Assembly: GCA_037447605.1 (NCBI GenBank)
Contig: CM074817.1
Coordinates: 186,001-250,000 of the forward strand
DNA length: 64,000 bases
Reading direction: 5' to 3'
Source: Zygnema circumcarinatum SAG 698-1b
Lineage: Eukaryota > Plantae > Zygnematophyceae
Both the position numbers and the translations under genes were made by a program. The notes under the pieces were generated by a model. That model was given only the letters and a program-made list of their open reading frames with translations. It was not told the DNA's origin and made no database searches. Positions 23,313 through 36,169 of the stretch are shown piece after piece. Position 1 is the first letter of the stretch. Each line of letters opens with the position of its first letter.

Positions 23313-26300
23313 TGGTCGAGTTCCAACCTGAAGGTACATCAAGCTGCCTATAGCTGACCTGTACGGAACTTGGTCCATCTGCTTCTTCTCTGCCTCCGTC
23401 TGAGGTGACATGTCATGGGAAAGATGTACGGATGGGTCCATGGGACTGGTAACCGGGTGACAGTCCTGCATGTTGAATTTAAGAAGCACGTCCTTGGCAT
23501 ATTTTTCTTGGCAAAGAAACAAATTGCCTTCATGCCCCCTCTTCAACTGAATACCCAGTAAGTAGTCTGCCTCTCCCAAGTCACTCATCTGAAAGTTAGT
23601 TTTCAACAGTTCCTTGAGGTTCTGAATACTCCTCAAAGAAGGACTGACGATGATAAGGTCGTCGACATAAATCCCTATATACATAAGTTCGGCTCCTTCA
23701 CCTTTCCTGTAAACCGAGGCGTCAGTTTCAAACCGAGTGAAGCCATTCTCTGTTAGGAGGGTGTCGATCTTGTCATACCAAATTCGGGGAGCCTGCTTCA
23801 ATCCATACAAACTTTTCACAAGTTTGCAGACTAAATGCTCTTGGCCCTTCTTTACAGTTCCTTCCGGCTGGTCCATGAAAATGTCCTCGTCCAATTCACC
23901 ATATAAGAAGGCTGTCTTTATATCCAACTGATGCACATGCATTTTCTCAGCTGCTGCAATGGAAATGAGGGATCTGAGGGAGCTGAATTTCACTACCGGG
24001 GCAAAGGTTTCAGTGTAGTCTAGCCCATACTGCTAGCTAAATCCCTTTGCTACCAACCTCGCCTTGTATCTATCTATACTCCCATCTGATTTCCTCTTTA
24101 CCTTAAATATCCATTTGCATCCTATCGCCTTTCTCCCCTTTGGCAGCTCCTCTAACCGCCAAGTCTGGTTTTCCTCAAGACTACCTAACTCACTTTTAAT
24201 GGCTACTTCCCATTTCTCAGCATCTACCCCCTCTAAAGCTTCTGAGAGGGTTTGAGGTTCACCGATGTTGGCCATCAAAACTTGAGCGATGCCGGCAAAG
24301 TCGGCCGAGTCATTTGGCGTCCTCATCCATCCGCTTGCTCCATTCACCTCCCATTCTTCAGGGTTGTAACGTCTCTGCTCGGCACCAAGGGTGCGGCTCT
24401 CGCCGCCGTATGGCCACTGGTTAGAGTACCTAGCTTCCAATTCGTGCAATGGGGATGATCAAGAGAAGGTGTCGCATCGCGGGATCAAGGGGACCTGAAG
24501 ATATCACTCAAGGACCGCCGCGCAGCCACGCCCCCGCGGCCCGCGCCGTCGTCGGGTGAATCAATCTCGCTGATTCGTAGTAATTGGTGATGTGGCGCCT
24601 CCTGGCGCATCTCCACCGACCGATTCGAAATGAGCGTCCTCTCCTTCACGGATCGCTGAATTGCCGCCGTCCACTTCGTAACTTATGTCAAACGTACCCC
24701 TTGGACCGATTTCAAAATCGTTCGCAATCTCCGCTGACGAGTTCGACGAGTTCTCCTCCACAGTGACGTCGCGGCACCTCTCTATTCGCCTGGTCTGCGG
24801 ATTCCACACTCTGTACGTCGGGCTGTTCTCGTTGTACCCCAACAGGTAACCCGGAGTCGTCCTCCTCTCGAATTTCGATTTTCGATTGTGCTTCAAAACT
24901 GTCATGTAGCAGCGTGATCCCCACACTTTGAAGTACGCCACAGAGGGCTTCTTCCCGCTCCAAGCCTCTTCAGGCACCTTCTCCCTGAGAGCAGTCGTCG
25001 GACTTCGATTCCTTATATATGCGGCAGCCACTACTGCCTCTCCCCAGAAAGAAAGTGGGAAAGGAGACTCACTTAGCATGGACCTTGCCATGTCCCCAAG
25101 GGTGCGATTTACCCGCTCAGCCGCTCCATTGCTTTGGGGAGAGTACGGGGCAGAAAACTAGTGCCGAATCCCGTTCTCCTCGAAGTGTGACTTGAACGCG
25201 CTTGAGATGTACTCCCCGCCGTTGTCAGATCGCAAAGTCTTCAACTTCAAGCCGGTTTCTCGCTCCACCTCTGCTTGCCAAGTCTTGAAAACATCAAACG
25301 TTTCAGCTTTGCTGTCAAGAACTCTCACCCAAAGTTTCCTGGAGCAGTCATCTAGGAAGGTAATAAAATACTTCGCCCCTCCTCTGCTGGTGGGAGTGAT
25401 AGGTCCACACAAATCGGTGTGAACCAGCTCCAGCCGCTCCTTGGCACGGCTCTCCTCTGAACTTCGATGGCTGAAAGGCAATCGATGGGCCTTTCCAGCA
25501 AGACAGTCTGCACACACGCCTGCCTCTGCTCCCTCCATCTGAATTCCGATGCCTCTCACAAGGCGTCTGTCAACCAACTTCTTCAGGCTTTGGTAGCCTA
25601 GGTGTCCCATTCGGCGATGCCACAGTTTTGCCGAGGGGTTTTCTGAAACGGTGTTCACTTGGTGTGTGAGCACTCCTCCTCCTTTCAAGAGATAGAGTCC
25701 GTTTCTTTCTGTGCCCCTTAACACAACCTTCCCGGTTAGTTTTTCGACAACTTTGCACTCCTCTCCGTCAAACCAAGACACATAGCCCTTTTTTCCTAAC
25801 TGGCTCACTGAAATAAAGTTGCTCTGAAGGCCAGGGGTAAGGAGAACGTTTCCCACGGTGACTGTTTTTCCCTTCTCCCCTCCATGAGTGATCAGTCTCA
25901 CGGATCCTCCGTGAGTGACTGTCACTCCTCCAGTCGCTGCGTAGACGGATCTTGCCGCCTCCAAAGTTCTCAGCTCTGCAAAAGAAGACTTTGTGGAACA
26001 CATGTGTTTGGAGGCACCGGAGTCAATTATCCAAGGGAGTTCAGGCTTTCTGGGCCTGCACGGACCTTCTCTGATCCCTCCCACGAACTCCCTGTTATGT
26101 GCCTCTGAGCTCATCATCAAATTTGTCTCACTGGAGCCATCTTGGCAGGCTGCAGATTTGTGGCCCTTCTTGCCACACTTGAAGCACGTCCCGTTGAAAG
26201 GGGGCTTCTTCTTCTTGATCGGATCTCCACCTGAAGGCTCCCCCTTCTTCTCGGGTCGACCCTTGTTCTGGTAGCAGTCCGTTGATAGATGTCCACGCTT

Positions 26301-26327
26301 TCCACAGGTGAAGCATGTTGGCGGTTG
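23313..26327 (-). mobile_element. 5' half of copia element C (two CCHC knuckles, protease, integrase, RT), lacking the PBS and gag N-terminus
   Basis: CFTCGKRGHLSTDC, CFKCGKKGHKSAAC, WIIDSGASKHM, LRSDNGGEY, YVDDL and ...LMYLQVGTRP, which joins in frame to DLAKAV at 6953. Confidence 0.93.
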
Positions 26328-26626
26328 GATTTGGTTGGCAAAAGCGTTGGTTGGTGCTAGTGACTAAACGATCCTTGTTGCTCATTGGGGTTTTGACGCA
26401 GTCAAATTATTGCAGCTTCACTCGGATGACTGCCCACTGGGGAGCGGGCTACTACCTACAACAGACGGGGAACGATCATTTGTTTGATCCTCCATACCAA
26501 ATGAAGCTGGTCAACAACGTGACAAGTGAGGCAGCTAGTTTGTTAACAGTTGATAAGAGTGTCCCTTATGACATACTGATCATCCCTCGCAGCCGCCGTT
26601 TGCTTCTCAATCACTGGAATCGCTAT
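26328..26626 (+). pseudogene. Second copy of the penultimate expansin exon (26402-26525) with flanking intron
   Basis: Reverse complement of 8433-8731, with three substitutions in the 124-nt exon. Confidence 0.85.
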
Positions 26627-27474
26627 TGATGATATTACTTAAGCTGCGATCATTCTCACTAACCTCTATTCCTGCCATGCTTTGCTGATTGCTTCAACAC
26701 AGTTCTTACATGCACACACGAAGAAATATTACTGAAAACAAATCAAGCAAGAAACACCGAAATTGAGAATTCAAGGAGAAAGCTCCGCCAGCTCCAAAAC
26801 TCCTTAATAAAGTTACACGGAAGTAACAAGCACTGTTTGAGCCCTCAGGCTACTACTACGTGCTCTGACTTACTTCCGACACCCCCTTGCTGCCCATACA
26901 GCTAGGCACCTGCGCTTAGCACCACAAGCTATGCTGCAGATGTATCAAGATTTTTAACTACCCCTAAGTAAATCCTACTTAAATACTACGCGCTGCACAA
27001 CTCCACGTTCTACAGCGTGCCGCTGCGCGCCACCGCGCTGCACCGCACTCCACCGCGCCGCGCTCCTCCATGATGCCAGCGACGCTCCACGCTCCACGCT
27101 CGCCCCATCCGGCGCTGGAACTCACTTAGGGCACGCCATGGCCAGGGGAGGAGTGTCCGTACAGCTTACCCCTTCCCTTGAAGCGTCAACCTTCTAGAAG
27201 CTTCCGTATCCACGCGCGCGCCTCTCCAGCGCCACATCCGAATGTCCACGTGTTGCATGTCGACTGTACGGTCTTCTGCCAAAGCAATAAGCAACATGTG
27301 ACAGCGCAGCCTATCGCTGCGTGCCACGTGTCCAACCTAGATCCCTCCAGTTCAGACCATCAGAACAGGACCTAGCGCCCTGTTCCCATTACAACTAGAT
27401 CACCTAAGGACGACCGACACTACTGAGGATCGTACGGTGTACTTTCTAGGCTTAGATCCCTATCGTACACTACA
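26627..27474 (-). repeat. LTR of copia C with GCTAT on both sides (solo-LTR configuration)
   Basis: Homologous to 7583-8432. GCTAT at 26622-26626 and at 27475-27479. Confidence 0.9.
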
Positions 27475-27575
27475 GCTATGCGGCTTCTGCGCCGCTTCTC
27501 TTGATTGGTGAGACTGCAAATGTCTGCAGAAGATAGGACTGACATTTCCCAAATCCTTTCTGAATTGTTTTGCAG

Positions 27576-27751
27576 GGGAATCTGTGACCTGTCCGAATCT
27601 GATCAATGGCCCACGCCCTTACCGCACACCCTTCAGCTGCGGAGCTAAATGGCCCACGCGAAGCGGCCGTGCTTCTCTTCCTCCTCCTCCTCCTCCTTCT
27701 CCTCCTCCTTCGACAGACTGCTATGGGCGGCAGCCAAGGCGGGCAGCTTAA
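27576..27751 (+). CDS. Last exon of the double-expansin gene
   Basis: The acceptor ttgttttgcag has the correct phase. (R)ESVTCPNLINGPRPYRTPFSCGAKWP aligns with module-1 GQSLICPKSIPGPSEQGPAFDCRAQFP, followed by poly-Pro and TAA. Confidence 0.8.
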
Positions 27752-29345
27752 GGCGCTGGATATGTGGAATCGTTTGCCACAAGTTCTGCAGCAATTAGGA
27801 AATTTCTCTTCGCCATCTTCTATGGAATATGATGTGGAAGTTGAAGTAGGCATGGGGGGCTTGAAGGCCTCGCTAGGTGCATGTTGCGTGCACCTTGAGA
27901 CTATACCTCAAAGCTGTGCTTTAGAGCTGGTTTTCCTTCTTTTCCATACTTTATTTGAACCCTTGCGGACATTGTTCAATAGGTTCGCCCTTTAACTCCT
28001 AGGAGCGTTTTAATCCGGCAATATTAGAGATAGCATTGTTTAGAGGTAGGTTCTGCACACACTAGAATACTCCCTCATAGTGACGGAAGGACTGTCAGCA
28101 CGATCAGTTCCTGCATTTGACATGTTAGTAACAAATGTAGCGTTCAAAAAGGTCCTTTTGTTTTTTGGTACAGTCACTGCCCTTGTGAGAAAAGCAAAAG
28201 CATTTCTTAACAATTCCATGTTTTCAACAAGTTCAAATTTTGGCAGACTTGGCTTAAAAGGGTGCACGCAGCTTTGCATATCTGGTTGTAATCGCCTATA
28301 AAAGACTTCATGTCTCTTCTTCCTAAAATTACAACTGCAATGTCAAATCATTTTTTTTGTTCGTGTGCAATGTACCGCCGCGGCTACTTTTTACATTTTG
28401 TCTATGTCGTGCGGGGGAGCAGTCAAGAGGACCCTTCAGCTGATTCTAACGGGGGAGAATGTATGAAGAAATGGCAGCTTTATTGCAAACCATTCACATC
28501 CCAACAGCGATGGAAGGCAAAACGTAGACTGCACTAGTGGGCAGAAGCTATGTGTTGGGGAATATGCAGAGCATTTCACATACATGTGGCCCATCCGTTT
28601 CCCATGCATCCCATCCCATCCCATCGCCCACAAACAGTGGCGGACTTTCATATACAAGTTGTTGGGGCTTAGCCTCTCAGCAAGAATCCTGGATCCGCCA
28701 CTGCCCACAAATGGATGTTGTCACCATCTTAAGACCCATTCTAGCTCACTTCATGAACAACAACTTGCCACAAATTATCCCTCACTTTTCGTGCATTTGT
28801 TTATGTTTCCTCTAAACCGTGCTCCATGTCCATGGACCAGCCACCACAGTTCGCGGTCCCGGCAACCTAGAGTTGGCACATGGAACACCGTTCTGATGCC
28901 GCCGTCCCGAGTTCCACCCGTCCAGTCCGGTCCGGTCCATCTGATACCTGTACGGCATCCTCCCAAAAAAATTGGTAAAACATTTCACGCTGCCCGTCAT
29001 TGCTCCCGGCTTCGCCTTCGTATTGAAGTTGACCTCGCTGTCCCCAACAAGGAATTCTTTTGCCTGTTTCTGATCTGCCCGTGTTGGAACATACTACAAA
29101 ATTGACCTTTCCGGCCCCTCCCTTCCGACGAAGTTGCGCTTGCGCTGTACCGGACTAAGAAATGCCACCGCAATACCATTCCTTCCTCCCCTTCCCCTCT
29201 CTCCCTCTCCTTCCCTCTCTTCCCTCTCTCTCCCCTCCCTATCTCCCTCGCTTTCTCTCCCTCTCTCCCTCTCTCCCTCTTTCCCTCCTCGTACCTCCCT
29301 CTCCCAAACCTTTTTGCTTCCTCTACCTTCTGCGGGTCCCTCTCT

Positions 29346-30361
29346 ATGGCGCCTGCGGAAGATGAAGCAGACGTCACCTCTTCCGCTGAGCCCTCCCTCC
29401 AAGACCCCTCCGCTCATATGACAAACCCACATGCGAGTTTCGACTCCCAACAAGCAGCGGAGCCTTTTGAATGCCCCACATGTTCGCTTCAGGATGGAAT
29501 GCCGGCCCTCCCCGCTCTGCCCCCTCTTCCTGTGATCGACATGAGGCACAGTCACTTAATCGGAACGCTCGATGTGAGGGGCAATTTGGCTGCGTTGCGA
29601 GAGAGAAAAAGGAGTGGGGCTTTTGAAGAGGAAGTGACGTCACAAAGCATTCCGAGGTCCCCGGAAGCGGGAACGTATCCGTGGGAGATTGACCCCAAAA
29701 AGTTGGTTTTGAAAAATTTTATAGCCAAAGGAACATATGGGACGGTGCATCGCGGCGTTTTTGATGGGAAGGATGTTGCAGGTGAGGGAGGGAGGGAGAG
29801 CGCTTTTTTTTGTATGTTTAATAGCTCGTTTGTGAGTCAGTTAGCTATAGTTTAAGATTTTGAATGTTGGTTATTAGTCAGTTTTTTTCTTTAAATTTCT
29901 TTAAAAACCACGTAGATGATGTGGTTAGTCGAAAGTGAAGGGCTGGGTGTGTGGCTTTTAAATGATGGCTTTTTGCATCCCAGAGAGTCGTCGGTTACAG
30001 GTATGTGTTTTACCTCCGTTGTTGAGCGCTTGATTAAGTAACATTGGTAAGTGGGGCTAAAGTCAAAAGGAAAATCTCAGTGGTCTGGAACGAGGATGTG
30101 ACCCAACCCTGTCCCCTCCAAAGTGACCGCGTAGGCTAAAGTTTTAGTGGTCTCATTCCTCAGAATTTGATTTGACAAAACAGCTGCTTAGTTGACCACT
30201 AGCCAAGTACTGAGCTGGCAGCAATCACATGGGGGACGACTCCTAGTGTTACTCATCATGTTTTCATTGAACGCAGTCTCGGCTGCTGCTATATCATGAG
30301 GTCTCCTTAGAAATAAGCTCACGGTTTTGGTTTCCTTCAGCGAAGAAGTTTAAACTACCTT

Positions 30362-30420
<59 letters not shown>

Positions 30421-32539
30421 CTGGGTCAAATGGAAAGCATGTCCACAGGTGACTTGAGCCAGTTGGATCATCAACCGCAGTTTAGGGCGAAGGAGAGTTC
30501 AACTTTTCTTCCGGGTGATTTGCTTTCTTGCAGTACTTCTAACACATACATTTTTTTGTTTGTGATGTGTTTCAATATGCAGTCAAGCTGCTGAACTGGG
30601 GGGAGGATGACCCCATGGGCCACCCAGAAATGGCATTTTTGAGAGAGGCTTTCATTCAAGAGGTCACAGTTTGGAGCACCCTCAACCACAAAAATGTTAC
30701 TCAGGTAATCTTTTCTGACCTTTTCTGACCATTTTCTGACCTTTTTAGGCATCTCTTTTCCTCCAATGCAAGTTGCTTTAGTAGCAAATAAAGCTAAAGT
30801 GAACTCAGAACCCTTCTTTTTTCTCAAGTGAACTCCAGTCTGTTCCTTGTTAAACTTAAGGGCTCTCTTTGATCAATACATGTATGTGTGTTTTCCTCCC
30901 TGTTTTTCTTTCTTTGCAGTTTATCGGTGCGATTCTTGGAGGCTCAACGGGGTTCAAAATTCCTTCAACAGTTACCGGCCACGATGGGCACCATCTTGTA
31001 GAGGGCCATGTCTGCTGCGTAGTTTTGGAATACCTTTCCGGCGGAAACCTAAAAAAAGTCATTTCAGAGCACCGACAAAAGAAGCTTCCGCTGAAGTCTG
31101 TTCTGAACTATTCAACCGACATTGCGAGAGGGTAACTTCTGAAGCTAGCTCCTTCAACCTCTCATATTTTTTGTCGAATTGCTACTTTATGTAAGAGCAA
31201 AAAAAAAAAAGCATTTTTTTTTTCTAAGGAGACGATGATAACGGCTCGGCTAATTCTTCGCCTGTTCTTTAATTTTTTCGCATTTTTGCTGCCTGAATTG
31301 ACATGAAAAATGGTTTATTTTTGTTTTTTTTTTCTAGGTTGGCGTATTTACACTCAAAACATATTGTGCATCGTGATGTGAAGTCGGAGAACATGCTTCT
31401 CGATCGACATAAAGTCGTAAAAATCGCCGATTTTGGAGTTTCACGAGTCGAAAATGAGAGCTGCAAACAGCTGAAACAGTTGGCCGGGACGTACGGATAT
31501 ATGGCCCCAGAGGTGAGTATTTCAGAAATGATAATTTTTTAAAAGAGCTTTTGTTCTGTTTATGCTGTCTGTGGGTTTGTTTAGTTGCATGTGAACGTGA
31601 TGAAAATTTTGCAGTTTTGGCCCGATGTTTTGAAGGAGTTTTTTAGATTGCCGAGTGCGGGTTTGCTGTTTCTGCAGGTTCTAATGGGCATTCCGTACGA
31701 TCATAAAGTTGATGTGTACAGCTTCGGAATTCTGCTTTGGGAAATTTATTGTTGCGACAATCCCTTCCCTTTTATGCATTTCACTCCGAATGACATAAAG
31801 AGCTTTGTTAATCAGGTGGGTCTTCCATAGCCGTAAGTGGGAGAGGGGGAGGAAGAGGGAGAGGGAAAGAGGAGGAGGAGGGGGGAGAAGGGGGGTGGGA
31901 GGGGGAGGAAGGGAGGGAGGGGGGAGCGCGGAGGGGAGAGGGGGAGGGATGATGGAAAATTGGGGAAGATGGGGGGGATGGAGGGGATGGGAAGGAGAGG
32001 GGGGAGCGGTGGGGGGAGAGGGGAGGGTGGGAGGGGGAGGGGGGGGGTGAAAGGGGGTGGCAGAGGTGGGGAGAGAGGCGGAGGGAACGGGAGGGGGGAG
32101 AGAGTGGGAGAGAGGGAGGGGGAGAGAGAGGAGAAGAGGGAGGTGGGGAAGAGGGAGGGGGAGAGGGAGAGGGAGAGATGGGCTTTCTGGGTCGACTAGG
32201 AATCCAGTATGGGGTGTTCTAACAAGGCAAAAGAGATGAATTTTAAGTCATTTTTCAAAAAGGCAAGAAGCAAAGTGACTAAGACCTGTGCTGCTTCTTC
32301 AGGGACTAAGGCCCGAAATTCCAAAATGCTGCCCGGAAAAGTTGGCATCGTTGATGAGAAAATGTTGGGATAAAGACCCGGATAAGCGGCCGGATATGGG
32401 AGAAGTTGTGGAAATTTTGGAAAGCATGGACAGACATGGGCATGGCATGGCTCCATCAGAATTTGAGCATCTTGTGGGGGGCAGCCATCATCACGTATTT
32501 CATGTTCCAAACTTCATCAACAAATTGGTGAAGCACTGA
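29346..32539 (+). CDS. Raf-like MAPKKK, C7 subgroup (CBC1/CBC2/MRK1-like), 6 exons
   Basis: Exons 29346-29781, 30583-30704, 30920-31131, 31338-31512, 31678-31815 and 32303-32539. Motifs WEIDPKKL, GTYGTVHRG, VAVKLLNWGED, HRDVKSEN, DFG, YMAPE and EIYCCD. Confidence 0.92.
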
Positions 32540-33134
32540 ACTCGGATTATTTACAATCGTGGGTCGTCTCTTATGGATTTTTTTTTTTCTCTCCCTATTT
32601 GGGAGAGTACCGTCGGCCTGATCTGAAGGGGTCTCTGGCAAAGCACTGAAGTTCAGGAGTTTCTGGATGCCCGAAAAGGAAGCTGTACAGTCAAAATGAT
32701 GTCTATTTTATTGAAGGTAGTACAGCTTGAAATATGTTTTTGGATAGTCTCATAAACTAAGTCTGGATTGGAAGGGATTGGGACTGTCCCCTCATGTCAT
32801 TGGAGGTCTAACATTGATGCCTTACGACAATAGTGACTATTATGTGCTCGATGTGAGGAGATCATTTCTAGACAAACCAATGCAGATCCTGATAGTTTAT
32901 ATGTTAAGAGAATCTTAACATCAACATTGTACAGACATTGTAAACATCGCCACATAGTACAAAATCAGGGTAAGCATCATCCGTTATGATGATGCTTAAC
33001 ATTCAATTTTTTGCAAAAGCAATTGTAGACAAAGTTCCAAACAAAGCATGGATGACGTTCTACAGAGTTCGTACAAAGCTATGGAGTCTGTGTGGTGGTG
33101 CTTATAGACTTTCAGAATGTTACAAACTACCACA

Positions 33135-33469
33135 GGTCGGACCATTGGATCGCCAACCATTGGACATCCACTGGATGGCAATGGTTGGACGTCCAATAGT
33201 CCGCAACCATTCGAATGGTTGACAACCATTGGCATCTTGTGGTTCCGACCATTGGCAGTGGTTGTTTTGTTCTGGCGCCGATGGTTCGGAACCATTGGTT
33301 GGCAACCATTGGACGAATGGTTGGCGACCATCGCACAATTGGTTGGCAACAATTGCACAATTGGTTGCAATCATTGCACAATTGGTTGGCAACCATCGCA
33401 CAATTGGTTGGCAACCATTGGTATCCAATGGTTGGCAACCATTCGAATGGTTGATCCAATGGTCCGACC
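33135..33469. mobile_element. MITE-like element filled with palindromic short repeats
   Basis: Perfect 17-bp inverted ends GGTCGGACCATTGGATC / GATCCAATGGTCCGACC. The interior consists of CAACCAT...ATTGGTTGG units. No clear TSD. Confidence 0.55.
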
Positions 33470-33813
33470 CCAATGGTCCAAAACACCGACGATAGTCGTT
33501 CATTCGGAGGCACGACAAAAGCCGTTTAGAATTTGCCGCCGGTCGCATGCATCGACTCGTCGGCGCGCTTTGACGGAGCGAACCTGCGAACGATCCTCCC
33601 GGCGGCCGCCTCGAGGCGGCGCTCTCTCTCGCTGCGTCTCTCGCTCTCTCTTCTCTCACTCGCATAGTTAAAAGGACTCCTTGGGAAAATGTAAGCGGAT
33701 AGTTGGGGAATTAAGAAGGTTAAGATAACTAGGGAGGTGGGAGATAAGAGAGGAGCAAAAGTGCATACATTTTTCTATCCCTCTCTCCTATACTAGTCTT
33801 CATTAACGATTTC

Positions 33814-35636
<1,823 letters not shown>

Positions 35637-36169
35637 GGAAGGGGGAGGGGAAAGGGGAGAGATGGAGAGAGAGAAAGAGATAGATGGAGAGAGGGAGAGA
35701 TATAGATGGGTGGCCCTTGCAATTCAACCAGACTGAGGAAGGGAGAGGGGAAGGGGGAGAGAGATAGTTGGAGAGAGGGAGTGATATAGATGGGGAGAGG
35801 GAGGGAGGGAGGGAGTGAGGGAGGGTGCTAGGTTTATGGGACGAGGGGGGATAGGTCACTCATTCGACCAAAGCCCAGTTTCGCTACTTTTTTTCAAATT
35901 TTTTTTTTCTTCCGGGAGCAGTAGCACGTAGCCGCGATGGAGAGTGCACTTAGACAACAGTTTTCACTTAAAAATGTGGTTTCGTTGTGTAATTCGATTC
36001 ATGAAAGTGGAAAAATGTTACATCCCTTAGGAGAACGCTTATTAAATTGACTCCGAGAAGTCCAAGAAAAAAAAAAAAAAAGAACGATGCTATCCAGTAA
36101 GACTGGATAGTGTGAACTGCTACTTTACAAAAATTGCCTGCCGTGAAAGGTATTCTACCTCCTAAGTCA

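Noticed and set aside
27606-27995. Separate membrane-protein ORF with a poly-Leu stretch
   Set aside because: It overlaps the expansin last exon in another frame; the poly-Leu is the poly-Pro CCT repeat read off-frame.
33135-33480. CRISPR-like array
   Set aside because: The context is eukaryotic, there are no unique spacers of constant length, and no cas genes are present.
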